Positions 1 to 8,191 of a stretch of 64,000 bases of DNA are shown piece by piece. The stretch's first letter is position 1. Each line of letters starts with the position of its first letter. The stretch lies in the NCBI GenBank assembly GCA_035544215.1, contig DATKHY010000003.1, forward strand, positions 697,878 through 761,877, given 5' to 3'. A program made the translations under genes and the position numbers. A model generated the notes under the pieces. That model ran no database searches, was not told the DNA's origin, and was given only the letters and a program-made list of their open reading frames with translations. The DNA comes from Candidatus Binatia bacterium. GTDB taxonomy: Bacteria; Vulcanimicrobiota; Vulcanimicrobiia; Vulcanimicrobiales; Vulcanimicrobiaceae.

Positions 1-2
1 AC

Positions 3-239
3 GGCGCACCCGTCATCGCAGCCAACGCCGCATCGCTGCCCGAGGCCGGCGGCGACGCAGCCCACTACGTCCCGCCCAGCGACGCCGCGGCGCTCGCAGC
101 GGCGATTCTGCGCGTCGCGGGCGACGAGCAGTACGCCGGCGACCTGCGGCGACGCGGGCCAATTCACGCGGCAGCGTTTACGTGGGAACAAACCGCAACG
201 CGGACGCTCGAGGTGATTGAAGGGACGTTGGGCGGGTGA
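3..239 (+). CDS. Glycosyltransferase family 1 (GT4-like), C-terminal fragment; 5-prime end outside the window
   Basis: Frame 3 reads GAPVIAANAASLPEAGGDAAHYVPPSDAAALAAAILRVAGDEQY...FTWEQTATRTLEVIEGTLGG, then TGA at 237-239. The G-x-PVI...SLPE..GDAA...P.D pattern is the conserved C-terminal region of GT1-fold enzymes. It is absent from the ORF track because there is no start in the window. Confidence 0.6.
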   Translation, partial: GAPVIAANAASLPEAGGDAAHYVPPSDAAALAAAILRVAGDEQYAGDLRRRGPIHAAAFTWEQTATRTLEVIEGTLGG

Positions 240-490
240 GCCAGAACCGGTCACAAGGACTCAGTGAGGGGTTCGGTGAGCCTTGCCAAGGGCCACAGCA
301 AACGACTTTTCAAACGCCCGGTCTCGGAAACTAAACGCGAGCACCTTGTTACCTACACGATTTAGATCCCAAAGGCTGCCAACGCGCTTCAGATCGCCGG
401 CTAATCGCTCGATATCTCTCGAGCCATCCTAAATTTGACTGTCATCTCCGCCGTGACCGTCTAGGCGGGCTCAAGCGTTAACAATTACGC

Positions 491-901
491 TCAGCGTGAC
501 TTGATCTCGGAGATTGCCTCATCAATTTTGGAATTTCCCGGCATCGCATCGCGCGCACGATTTAGCGCACGCGAAAGGGTGTCCCGCACCTCATATTCGC
601 CGTCCTTCGTGTGCAACGTCACCGTTACCGGATAGTCGCCATATGAGGTGGTTTTTAATACGACGTTTCCATTATCATCAGGTTGAACCGTCCGAACGGG
701 GTCATAATATGTGGGATCCAGCTCAAACTGCGCGGCGTAGACGTCGGGCGGAGGATTTTTAATTTCGAATATGACCTGATAGTGACTCTTCTGATCACGC
801 TCGATAATCTCGGGATGCCCTTGTGGATCAGTCTTAAAGCGGGCTAGAAGTTCGGGTTCTCGCATTACTAATTGTGCTCTCCGGATGGTGGCGGCGTCCA
901 C
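491..901 (-). CDS. Small soluble beta-rich protein, prokaryotic YEATS (pYEATS)-like
   Basis: 136-aa ORF. An alternative ATG at 865 lies 2 nt after the stop (870-868) of the upstream ORF. Sequence YQVIFEIKNPPPDVYAAQFELDPTYYDPVRTV...VVLKTTSYGDYPVTVTLHTKDGEYEV resembles the pYEATS Ig-fold pattern. This is from memory of the family, not a search. Confidence 0.5.
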   Translation of the reverse strand: MDAATIRRAQLVMREPELLARFKTDPQGHPEIIERDQKSHYQVIFEIKNPPPDVYAAQFELDPTYYDPVRTVQPDDNGNVVLKTTSYGDYPVTVTLHTKDGEYEVRDTLSRALNRARDAMPGNSKIDEAISEIKSR

Positions 902-1524
902 GCCGGCATAAAACTTTTGCGGATTTGGTCCGTCATCCTGTCAAGGTCGGGCGCAATCTTATCGACTGGCGGAAGTCCGTTGAATGGCCACACGCCATTT
1001 TTGGTAGCACTAAATACCGACTCATTGATCGACTTTTGAATCTGAATAACTGTCGCCATGGGATCAGGAGCTGACAGTGCGGCGAGCAGTTGCTGATTCA
1101 AACCGTTGATCGTGGCCGTACAATCGCGGGCAAACACCGCTTTGCTGACGACGTTTTCATGCTTAACGATCAACCCAAGCGCGATATAAACAGCCAAAGC
1201 GGCTACCCCAACGTAAAACCAAATGCCGGGCAACGCCGTACGGAGCGTCTCAAGCGCGTTATTGCCGGGAGGCGCCTTGCCGGAAAATACCCCGAACACC
1301 TGCGTGCCGATACCCAGCGCAAGGAGAGCGGCAATGCCATCGCTCAGATACCCGTCAAATGTTGCGAGACGGACGAACCATTGGCCGTTAACATAGCGCG
1401 CTGCAGCGATCAATGGAAGCACTTCGCGGTACAGTTTCTTCAAAATATAGTGATCGGTTGGCAGTAAGCCGACGGCTGGCGGCTGTTTCATGGTGAGCGC
1501 TGGGAACGCTCGCACAGCATTCAC
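868..1524 (-). CDS. Membrane protein (2-3 TM), YLATT-like partner of the pYEATS-like ORF
   Basis: 218-aa ORF (GTG 1524 or ATG 1491). Hydrophobic helices are GIAALLALGIGTQVFGVF and GIWFYVGVAALAVYIALGLIV, followed by a soluble C-terminal tail. It is translationally coupled to the downstream ORF. Confidence 0.55.
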   Translation of the reverse strand: MNAVRAFPALTMKQPPAVGLLPTDHYILKKLYREVLPLIAAARYVNGQWFVRLATFDGYLSDGIAALLALGIGTQVFGVFSGKAPPGNNALETLRTALPGIWFYVGVAALAVYIALGLIVKHENVVSKAVFARDCTATINGLNQQLLAALSAPDPMATVIQIQKSINESVFSATKNGVWPFNGLPPVDKIAPDLDRMTDQIRKSFMPAWTPPPSGEHN

Positions 1525-1770
1525 GCCTCTAGCCTTTTGTCAGGCTTATTACTTCCTGGCTCGGGTCGACTTGAAATCGACCCCGGGCTGCTTTGGCGGG
1601 AGGCGCCGAGCTTCTGACGCTTCAATATCAGCGCCTGCGCGGCAACGGGTTGAGCACGGCAATACTGGCGATCGGGAAAGATTCGGGCGGCCGCTCTTTT
1701 CAATGCGCTACCTCTCGGTTGATTACTTCCTGTCCTCTCGCCGTTCCACCTCTTGGCTAGTTACATGCAC

Positions 1771-1788
1771 AGCACTTAGCTAAGTGCT
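1771..1788. promoter_or_regulatory. Perfect 18-bp palindrome AGCACTTAGCTAAGTGCT in an AT-rich intergenic region
   Basis: Read directly; the reverse complement is identical. It lies between the divergent 868..1524 (-) and 2275..2769 (+) genes. A related TTAGCT-rich tract is at about 1895-1913. Confidence 0.3.
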
Positions 1789-2274
1789 CTCTTGCTGCTC
1801 TCCCTTGCTGATCACTCCGTGGTAACGCCGATTCTGAGATCAAGGTCGGACCAACCGAGGCTTTGCTACGGAGTGAATCCTATGCTAATTTGGGCTGGCT
1901 TAGCTTAGCTAGACGATATCGATCCCGCTTGTGGCACCGGTTGCGACATCCCGTCAGAAAGCTCGTCGGAGGAACAATACGGGCTATCGGTATAGACTCG
2001 CGCCGAAGCCTAAAGGAGTGTAGCTCGATTTTATCCTTTTTCGGCGCATTTCGCGATGATGAAGTCGCGGCTCTAACCGCGCAGCGTCTTCATCAATTTA
2101 AAATGCAACTCAAATTCAAAGCTCCGATTTTCAAGAAGCAGGGAGACGAGCGATGCTTATTGCGTACGCAGTACGCCACAGAACCATAGGCTTAGCGCCG
2201 GCGCGTTGTATAGAAAGACGGCCAAGTGGACACTGCGGTGGCGTGGCCGAGTCTCACCTTTGCGCGAGTGTAAA

Positions 2275-2769
2275 ATGAGTCAAGCTGCGCGCCAAGCTCT
2301 GGTAGATAACCCGAAGCTCTCATCGAAAGGCTATGACCGCGTTTCCGAGACCCATCGGACCGATCTCCTCAGCGCAGACCGAACGGATACCTATCTAATT
2401 GGAATGCTAACGTGGCTGCTTAATAATTGCGATGAGCCCATCATGTTAACCGCCGTCCGTAGCGATCATACGAACCCCGATCAGCGCTGGCTTCACAGCG
2501 GCGGAAAGGCGGTGGACATGTACCCTAAAAACTGGGAAGACCGCGAGCAGAAGGCGGTCTGCAATGTGCTGAAGGCGCTATCAGAAGACCCGTATTGCGA
2601 GAACGTAGGCCTCGGTGGGATCGTGCGACGATGGCGCACATACGTTACGTGGCCGGAGATACCGTACTTCTGGCTATTTGACGATGACATTCAAGATCAT
2701 ATCCATGCAGGGTCAGCCTGCGAACGAGATCAGACAGGCGGAGTTCGAGCATCGCACAGTAAGGGATGA
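2275..2769 (+). CDS. LAS-type zinc peptidase (peptidase M15 / DD-carboxypeptidase-like)
   Basis: ORF track gives 2206..2769 (TTG); the first ATG is at 2275 (MSQAARQ). Motifs SDH...LHSGGKAVDM (H-x-x-G-x-A-x-D) and DHIHAG (H-x-H) match the M15/hedgehog-DD-peptidase zinc site. Confidence 0.55.
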   Translation: MSQAARQALVDNPKLSSKGYDRVSETHRTDLLSADRTDTYLIGMLTWLLNNCDEPIMLTAVRSDHTNPDQRWLHSGGKAVDMYPKNWEDREQKAVCNVLKALSEDPYCENVGLGGIVRRWRTYVTWPEIPYFWLFDDDIQDHIHAGSACERDQTGGVRASHSKG

Positions 2770-2950
2770 TCCCGTAGGCGCGGGTCGTCGCGTGCATTTG
2801 CTTTAGAGATCTCCTGGGCGAGCCCTAGTTTTCTATTCACGCGCATTTGGATTAGTTACACAAGCTATGTAACTATGACGATGATTTTGCTGAGTCTGTG
2901 AGAAAGGCGCTAGCGAAAAACCAAAACAAAATAAGGCGCGCGGTGAGTTT

Positions 2951-2992
2951 AGAGAGGTGGCAGAGCGATTGAATGCGGCGGTATTGAAATGC
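2951..2992 (+). repeat. tRNA-Ser-like 5-prime-half fragment, copy 1 (not a functional tRNA)
   Basis: AGAGAGGTGGCAGAGCGATTGAATGCGGCGGTATTGAAATGC has a type-II tRNA acceptor 5-prime strand, a D-arm (GCA-GAGCGATTGAA-TGC) and a TTGAAA anticodon-loop-like end. No anticodon 3-prime stem, T-arm or acceptor 3-prime strand follows. Confidence 0.5.
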
Positions 2993-3066
2993 CACTGGAT
3001 CGCTATCAGCGCCAGTCAGCGATAGTTTGCGCTAAGGTAAAATAAGGAGTTCTCGCTCAGCGACGA

Positions 3067-3456
3067 TCACGCGAATCTGGCTCGCTGCAACCAAACTGCA
3101 ACCAAAAATCGTCGCTCGGCGGTAGCGCCCCACACGTACGGGCCGTAATTATGCGGGTTGCAGGACCCATCGTCGCTCCCGAAGTGGTACTTAGGTGGAA
3201 GATCGACGTTTGGGGCGCTATTAAGCTGCCAGCTGAGTAGCGATGAAAGCTCGCCGCGGAATTCCCGTCGCCGTAAACGGCAAACCGGCGCGTCGTCGTA
3301 AAGCGGCAATCATATGGTCGAGCCCGTGGCGCTGGGCATGAGCCCGCCGCCAGTCTGCTGCCCGCTGCAGGCGGCGACGCCCGCCGCCAGGGCGAGTGCC
3401 AGCGCCGAGCGCCGGCAGACTGTAGATTGAAACTAAGGCGAGGCGCGCCGCGTCAT
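3067..3456 (-). pseudogene. Possible decayed lipoprotein gene with two in-frame stops
   Basis: A single minus-strand frame runs from ATG 3456: MTRRASP-TAG(3435-3433)-FQSTVCRRSALALALAAGVAACSGQQTGG...STI-TGA(3312-3310)-LPLYDD...PKYHFGSDDGSCNPHNYGPYVWG. It has a lipobox-like LAAGVAAC and is interrupted twice. Confidence 0.3.
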
Positions 3457-3599
3457 GGGGCGGTCTACAAAACTGCTCGCTAGCTGATTGCGCGGGGAGT
3501 GTAAGGCGCGCGGCGGCGCCCCAACTCGCAGGGCCCAGCGCCACAAAGATGCGATTCGAAGCTGGTCGATGCCTTAATCGGCACCGAGCCGACTCGAAC

Positions 3600-4568
3600 C
3601 TACTTCGTTGTCGTCTGACCCCTCAAGAAAGCTACGAGTCCCGTGATCAGCGAAAAGAGTGCACCAAGAGCACCGCCGATACTTGCGATTACTGCTTTGA
3701 CGTCGTCTATCGTCTTAGCCTGTTTGAGGTTTATCCCAAGAACAGGGGAGGACTGGTCAGCGGTGCCACCATCCGTTTTGGCCGATATTTTGGAAACGAG
3801 TAACGTGTGGACGACCGCCGCCGGAAGCGTGGATGGTGAAATCTCGACTAAGAAACGCCAGCTGTAATTCTTACCTCCATCCTGTGTGACTGCGGCGGAT
3901 TCTGGTCGTGGAGTGACCCAGGCGATGGGATCCATTGTAACTTTCGGCGGATCTTTTGCTGGCTTATCGCAACTAACCGATACGTCGTAGGTTGCGGCAC
4001 TGCCCGGCGTCAAAGTGTCCAGACCACTAAGCACCGCGCTGCACTGCATCGGCGTCGGAACTGGCGTAGGCGTGGGAGCTGGCGTAGCCGGCGATACGGC
4101 TGATCCTGAAAGCGTCGGCATTGGCGCTGGGGCTGGAGGAATACTCGGCATCAGGGAGACCCAGGTGTAATCACCATCGATGGTTCGGGATGGCGTTTCG
4201 TGGAGAGCAAGCGCCATCGCGAAGAGTCCGACCGCCAAGAGAAATGAATAGCCGGGCCTCCACAATGGATCGCCTGTGGGCGCCGGATCCGGCGACTTGA
4301 CACTAACTGAGGCATCGGAACCTGCTGGGCCACGTGGCGGCTCTTTCACGTTCATCAGCTCGCGAGTGCGCGCAAGGTCGCTAAATATCTGGAAGACGCC
4401 AACGTTAAAGATGATGAGCGCTAAAACTGCGAGGGCCTGGCTGATATTTATGTGAATATCCCTAGCGGAAAGCACCAAATAAAATACAACCAGAAGTATC
4501 TCTGCTACCAGCAGACCTCCGATTGACAACCACTTTTGCTGCCTCGGAGTAGGGCTAAAGTCGGCCAC
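3600..4568 (-). CDS. Hypothetical membrane protein (N- and C-terminal TM helices, Pro/Thr-rich linker)
   Basis: 322-aa ORF with GTG start 4568 and GGGAGG 8 nt upstream. TM helices include LSIGGLLVAEILLVVFYLVL and ALAVLALIIFNVGVFQIF, with a C-terminal AVIASIGGALGALFSLITGLVAF. The linker is PAPTPTPVPTP. Confidence 0.6.
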   Translation of the reverse strand: MADFSPTPRQQKWLSIGGLLVAEILLVVFYLVLSARDIHINISQALAVLALIIFNVGVFQIFSDLARTRELMNVKEPPRGPAGSDASVSVKSPDPAPTGDPLWRPGYSFLLAVGLFAMALALHETPSRTIDGDYTWVSLMPSIPPAPAPMPTLSGSAVSPATPAPTPTPVPTPMQCSAVLSGLDTLTPGSAATYDVSVSCDKPAKDPPKVTMDPIAWVTPRPESAAVTQDGGKNYSWRFLVEISPSTLPAAVVHTLLVSKISAKTDGGTADQSSPVLGINLKQAKTIDDVKAVIASIGGALGALFSLITGLVAFLRGQTTTK

Positions 4569-5235
4569 GGCGTTCGACCTCCCGCTATGAAGATTCGACG
4601 CGACGCTAGCGGGCCCTTGGCTCCCTCCTCATCGTCGAAAACGGGACTCAAAAGAAGCAGAGTTCTAAAGCATTTTCCGCGGGCGCGGGTGCCGCTGGCG
4701 GAGGATGTACCTCGCGTCGGCGGTGCAACCCCCATTGGATCTACTTGCACCTGTACACCCCTCTCATGGCGGTAGCGAGAGAGATGTCTCGCGGACAAAG
4801 GCGGAAGTTCTCGCCGAGCCCCCGGACGAACTCCTGACAGGTTTGATTTCCAAGCGCGGCGCGGCTGGTACCGTCAGGGAGGCTTAACTTTACACGTCAA
4901 AGTGCCGAAGCGATGTCGCCGATCGGGACCTCGGCGCGTCCGGTTGGTACCGACCGGTCGCAATCCAATCTGGAGCATGGAGTTCAAGCGCGAGCAGCGA
5001 CGCGGCGATCAGCCATGAAAGTTTTCGGCTCCAGATTATTGTCGACATCTTCACGCGGGAGCGCCTCGCGCTCGAGGGTCCTTCCGGCTTTCGAGCACGC
5101 CCGCTGGACTACGGCCGCGAGCAAGCCCAGTTTGCATCCACTTAGCATTATGTGAGAAACCGACGGTGGCGACGTGACGTCGCGAGAAACGCGGCTACGC
5201 AAAGACTCAATAGCCATCATGGTTTGCGAGGACTT

Positions 5236-5278
5236 GGAGGGGTGGGCAGAGCGGTTGAATGCGGCGGTCTTGAAATGC
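5236..5278 (+). repeat. tRNA-Ser-like 5-prime-half fragment, copy 2
   Basis: GGAGGGGTGGGCAGAGCGGTTGAATGCGGCGGTCTTGAAATGC aligns to copy 1 with about 38 of 42 positions identical and one 1-nt gap (by eye). It ends at the same point just after the CTTGAAA (anticodon TGA) loop. No tRNA 3-prime half follows. Confidence 0.5.
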
Positions 5279-5333
5279 TTACAACAAGCCTCGACAAGTC
5301 CTCATAAATCCCATTTGACCGAGGCGGCGCTTC

Positions 5334-5357
5334 GGCGCCTGGGCGGCGTCTTTTTTT
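5334..5357 (+). terminator. Intrinsic-terminator-like hairpin plus T7 run downstream of tRNA-like copy 2
   Basis: GGCGCC-TGGGC-GGCGTC forms a 6-bp stem with one G-U pair (5334-5350). It is followed immediately by TTTTTTT (5351-5357). Confidence 0.45.
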
Positions 5358-5443
5358 CGAATTGTTAGGTTTTCTTCGTCGAAGAGGCGACGCACGCGCA
5401 TATGCTTGATCATCCAGCTCTTGCGGCGGCTCGTGGTCTCAGA

Positions 5444-8182
5444 TCAATTCGGACGCCCGGATTTACGGCTCGTTTGAACGCGTTCACGGTAGAGGAGCGC
5501 TTGCTCCTGCTTGCGCTGGTAGCGACCGACCTTCGCCAAGTTGCTAAGGATGATCGCCATTTTGGGATGACTGGGCCCCAGCTCCCGCTCGATGACGATC
5601 AACGCCCGCTCAAGGAGTGGCAGCGCCTCCGCGTATTGCCCTTGGCGTATATGAAGCGTAGCTAGATTGTTAAGGCTGACGCCTACTTCGGGGCTCTCCT
5701 CACCCAGTGCCGCCTTATTGATTGCTAATGCGCGGGTGAGCAAGGGAAGTGCCTTCGCATATCGTTTCTGGCGCTCGTAAAGCGTCGCAAGATTATTGAG
5801 ACTAATCGCTACGCCGGGATCTTCAGGGCCCAGCTCCTTTTCCTTTATTGCCAAGGCGCGCTTCAGCAACGGTAACGCCGTGGAATACTGGCGTCGTTTT
5901 ATATAAACTTCTGCGATGTTATTTAGGTTGGCGGCGACCTCAGTGACATCAAGACCTAGCCTCCGCTCGTTAATCGCCAGCGCGCGTTTCCACATGGGAA
6001 GCGCCTTGGCAAATCGCTGTTGGTCGTAATATACCAGAGCCAAATCGTTCAGGCTCTGCGCCACATCGACATGCTGAGCTCCAAGGGCCTGCTCCCGGAT
6101 TGCGAGCGCGCGTTCAAAGAGGAGCAGCGCCTTCGCATATTCTGCTCGTTCACGGTACAGCAACGCAAGATTGTTAAGGCTCCGTCCGATGTCGGGAAAA
6201 TTCGGTTCCGGCGCGCGTTCGCGAATCGCCAACGCTTGCTTATAAATAGGCAGCGCCTCGGCGTAGCGACTTCGTTGGGCCAAATATTCTCCCACCTTAT
6301 TGAAGACGCCCGCTGCCGAGTCCGTCGCCGTCTCTTTGTCTACAAAACGAGCGACCGCTTCGACGTGTTCGACTAACCTGTCACACGCATTCCAACTCTT
6401 AAAGTCTACATTTGGAAAGGTGGCAGCCAGGGCACTCACTGCGCGCCCTGTCAAGACGATCCGCTCATCCCCAGGCAGTGCGTTCAAAACAACCTCCTGT
6501 ACCATCCGATGAATACTGAAAGTGCGACTTTGACGATCGACGCTAATTAAAGAATACTGCGCCAACGGTCGAAGTAACTCGCCGACAAGCAGGTCATCCT
6601 GGTGATCCGGAAGCGCGCCTTTAATATTCTCTCCCAACACGCTCGCGCCGCGTTGGAGCAGTTCGAACGGAATAGCTGTTGGATCCCAAAACGCGCTTAC
6701 CCGGAGCACGTCTCCGGACGCGGGCCAAGAATCCTCGACTACTTTAAAGTTACTGCTCCACGTGATCGCGAGAGCCGCGTGAGCTTCTGGTCGTGCTTTT
6801 GCCAAAAGCTTTATGCCTTGTTTTTGGAGTCCATTGAGGTACGAGGAAAAAGCAGCATCGGTCGCAACGATATATGCGGCGGCTTGCTCAAGAGCGAGTG
6901 GAAAGAACGCTAAGGTTCGCGCGATCTTTTCAGCAGCGGCGCTCTCAGCGGTCGACGGCAGATTCCGGCCCGTTCTGCAAGTCAGAAAGTTAATGGCTTC
7001 TTGCGGTGAAAAGTCTGATACACGCAGTGAGCGCACGATGCCAAGCTTCTGGAGAACGGGATTGCGGGTCGTCGTCAAAATGTGGCCGTGAGGCGCGTTT
7101 GGGAGAAACGCGCGCACCAAGATCTCGTCATCAACGTTATCGAAGACCAGTAGCCATTCTCCTCCATCCCGCTCTAACGAGCCTCGAGCCGTTATTGCCG
7201 TCTCTTCCGAGCTTGGCGCCGCGATTAGCCCACGGAGCTTGGCAATCTGAACGAAGGCATCGATCAGCGTGCCGCGCGTTTCCGCATTTGCCCAGTAGAC
7301 GCCATCAGGATACTTCGCATGCTGGAGGTCTACGTAGCGAATAGCGCTTTGTGTTTTGCCAATTCCACCAACTCCAGACAGGGCTACGCAGCGTTGCGAC
7401 GTAAACTCCAATTCGATTTCCTTTACGAGGTCGTCCCGGCCTGTGAAATAGTGTGTTCGCAGGGCGTCGGGTACGTTAGGCGTAGCGGTTCGGCGTTGAG
7501 GCATTGGGACTTGGGTGCGCTCTAAGGAGCGAAACGTAAAATGCTTTGCAAGTTCCGGATATTTTGCAAACCAAGTCGATATCGGGACGACGTAGGCTTC
7601 CCTAGCGTGGTCTTCCGTTTCAGCTCGAGAGAAATGTGTTAGTCCGATAACGGCGCTCTCCACGCTTTCCAGAACGACGGGAGAGCCGCTTATACCCGGC
7701 TGGGTGTCGCCGATATCAATGAGGCGCCAGGCGTGCGGAATCTCCGCTAAAAACGCGCCAATTTGCATCCCGATCGGCGTTGGGTGGGCCAGTCTAGCGT
7801 TGAAGCGTTGAGACCCGCCTACGGGCCGAGTCACGCCTACAACAGGTGCGCGTAGGCGAAACAGCGCTGGCGACGCAGCCTCCGGAGCTTCGACTGTGTC
7901 ATGTTCGCTGGTTAATTCCAGCACGGCCACATCACGACCAGGATCGGAGCGCTCAACGCACAGTCTAGCAGTCGCTGTGCTCAACGGCTGATCGTTAGCG
8001 GAGAAGAACGTGACCGGGACCGCCCTCCGGTCCACAGCCTCCAGGATGACATGGTAGCAAGTCAACACGATCAGCGCTTTTTCAACTGGGACACAAAGCC
8101 CCTGGCCAATACGATTACCATGAGCATCACAGACGCGCACGGTTGCCTGAGAGATCAGATCCAGTCCGGAGAGCGTGCGCAT
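5444..8182 (-). CDS. STAND NTPase: N-terminal trypsin-like serine protease + NB-ARC ATPase + C-terminal TPR array
   Basis: 912 aa. Protease triad context: CYHV, GRDVAVLEL, GDTQPGISGSPVV. NB-ARC motifs: Walker A GVGGIGKTQSA, Walker B LLVFDNVDD, TTRN, and GLPLAL-like FFPLALEQAAAYI. There are about 8 KLC-type TPR units (ALPLLERALAI.E..LG..HP.VA.SLNNLA.LY). Confidence 0.9.
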   Translation of the reverse strand: MRTLSGLDLISQATVRVCDAHGNRIGQGLCVPVEKALIVLTCYHVILEAVDRRAVPVTFFSANDQPLSTATARLCVERSDPGRDVAVLELTSEHDTVEAPEAASPALFRLRAPVVGVTRPVGGSQRFNARLAHPTPIGMQIGAFLAEIPHAWRLIDIGDTQPGISGSPVVLESVESAVIGLTHFSRAETEDHAREAYVVPISTWFAKYPELAKHFTFRSLERTQVPMPQRRTATPNVPDALRTHYFTGRDDLVKEIELEFTSQRCVALSGVGGIGKTQSAIRYVDLQHAKYPDGVYWANAETRGTLIDAFVQIAKLRGLIAAPSSEETAITARGSLERDGGEWLLVFDNVDDEILVRAFLPNAPHGHILTTTRNPVLQKLGIVRSLRVSDFSPQEAINFLTCRTGRNLPSTAESAAAEKIARTLAFFPLALEQAAAYIVATDAAFSSYLNGLQKQGIKLLAKARPEAHAALAITWSSNFKVVEDSWPASGDVLRVSAFWDPTAIPFELLQRGASVLGENIKGALPDHQDDLLVGELLRPLAQYSLISVDRQSRTFSIHRMVQEVVLNALPGDERIVLTGRAVSALAATFPNVDFKSWNACDRLVEHVEAVARFVDKETATDSAAGVFNKVGEYLAQRSRYAEALPIYKQALAIRERAPEPNFPDIGRSLNNLALLYRERAEYAKALLLFERALAIREQALGAQHVDVAQSLNDLALVYYDQQRFAKALPMWKRALAINERRLGLDVTEVAANLNNIAEVYIKRRQYSTALPLLKRALAIKEKELGPEDPGVAISLNNLATLYERQKRYAKALPLLTRALAINKAALGEESPEVGVSLNNLATLHIRQGQYAEALPLLERALIVIERELGPSHPKMAIILSNLAKVGRYQRKQEQALLYRERVQTSRKSGRPN

Positions 8183-8191
8183 AGCGGCCGG

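Noticed and set aside
1863-2189. 108-aa plus-strand ORF upstream of the M15-like peptidase
   Set aside because: It has a TTG start, an Arg-rich N-terminal half, no RBS and no recognisable domain. It may be a chance ORF in an AT-rich spacer, so I left it uncalled.
2951-2992. Functional tRNA-Ser genes at 2951 and 5236
   Set aside because: Only the acceptor 5-prime strand, D-arm and anticodon-loop-like sequence are present. There is no complementary anticodon stem 3-prime strand, variable arm, T-arm (GGTTCGAATCC-type) or acceptor 3-prime strand downstream.
3067-3456. Stop-codon recoding (TGA or TAG read-through) as a lineage feature
   Set aside because: Neighbouring well-supported genes terminate at TGA, TAG and TAA at the expected ends of conserved domains. 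The two in-frame stops are therefore better explained by pseudogenisation.
4569-5235. Short ORFs (60-97 aa) in the gap between the membrane protein gene and tRNA-like copy 2
   Set aside because: None has an RBS, signal, motif or convincing composition. I treated the region as non-coding or decayed sequence. A small unrecognised gene cannot be excluded.
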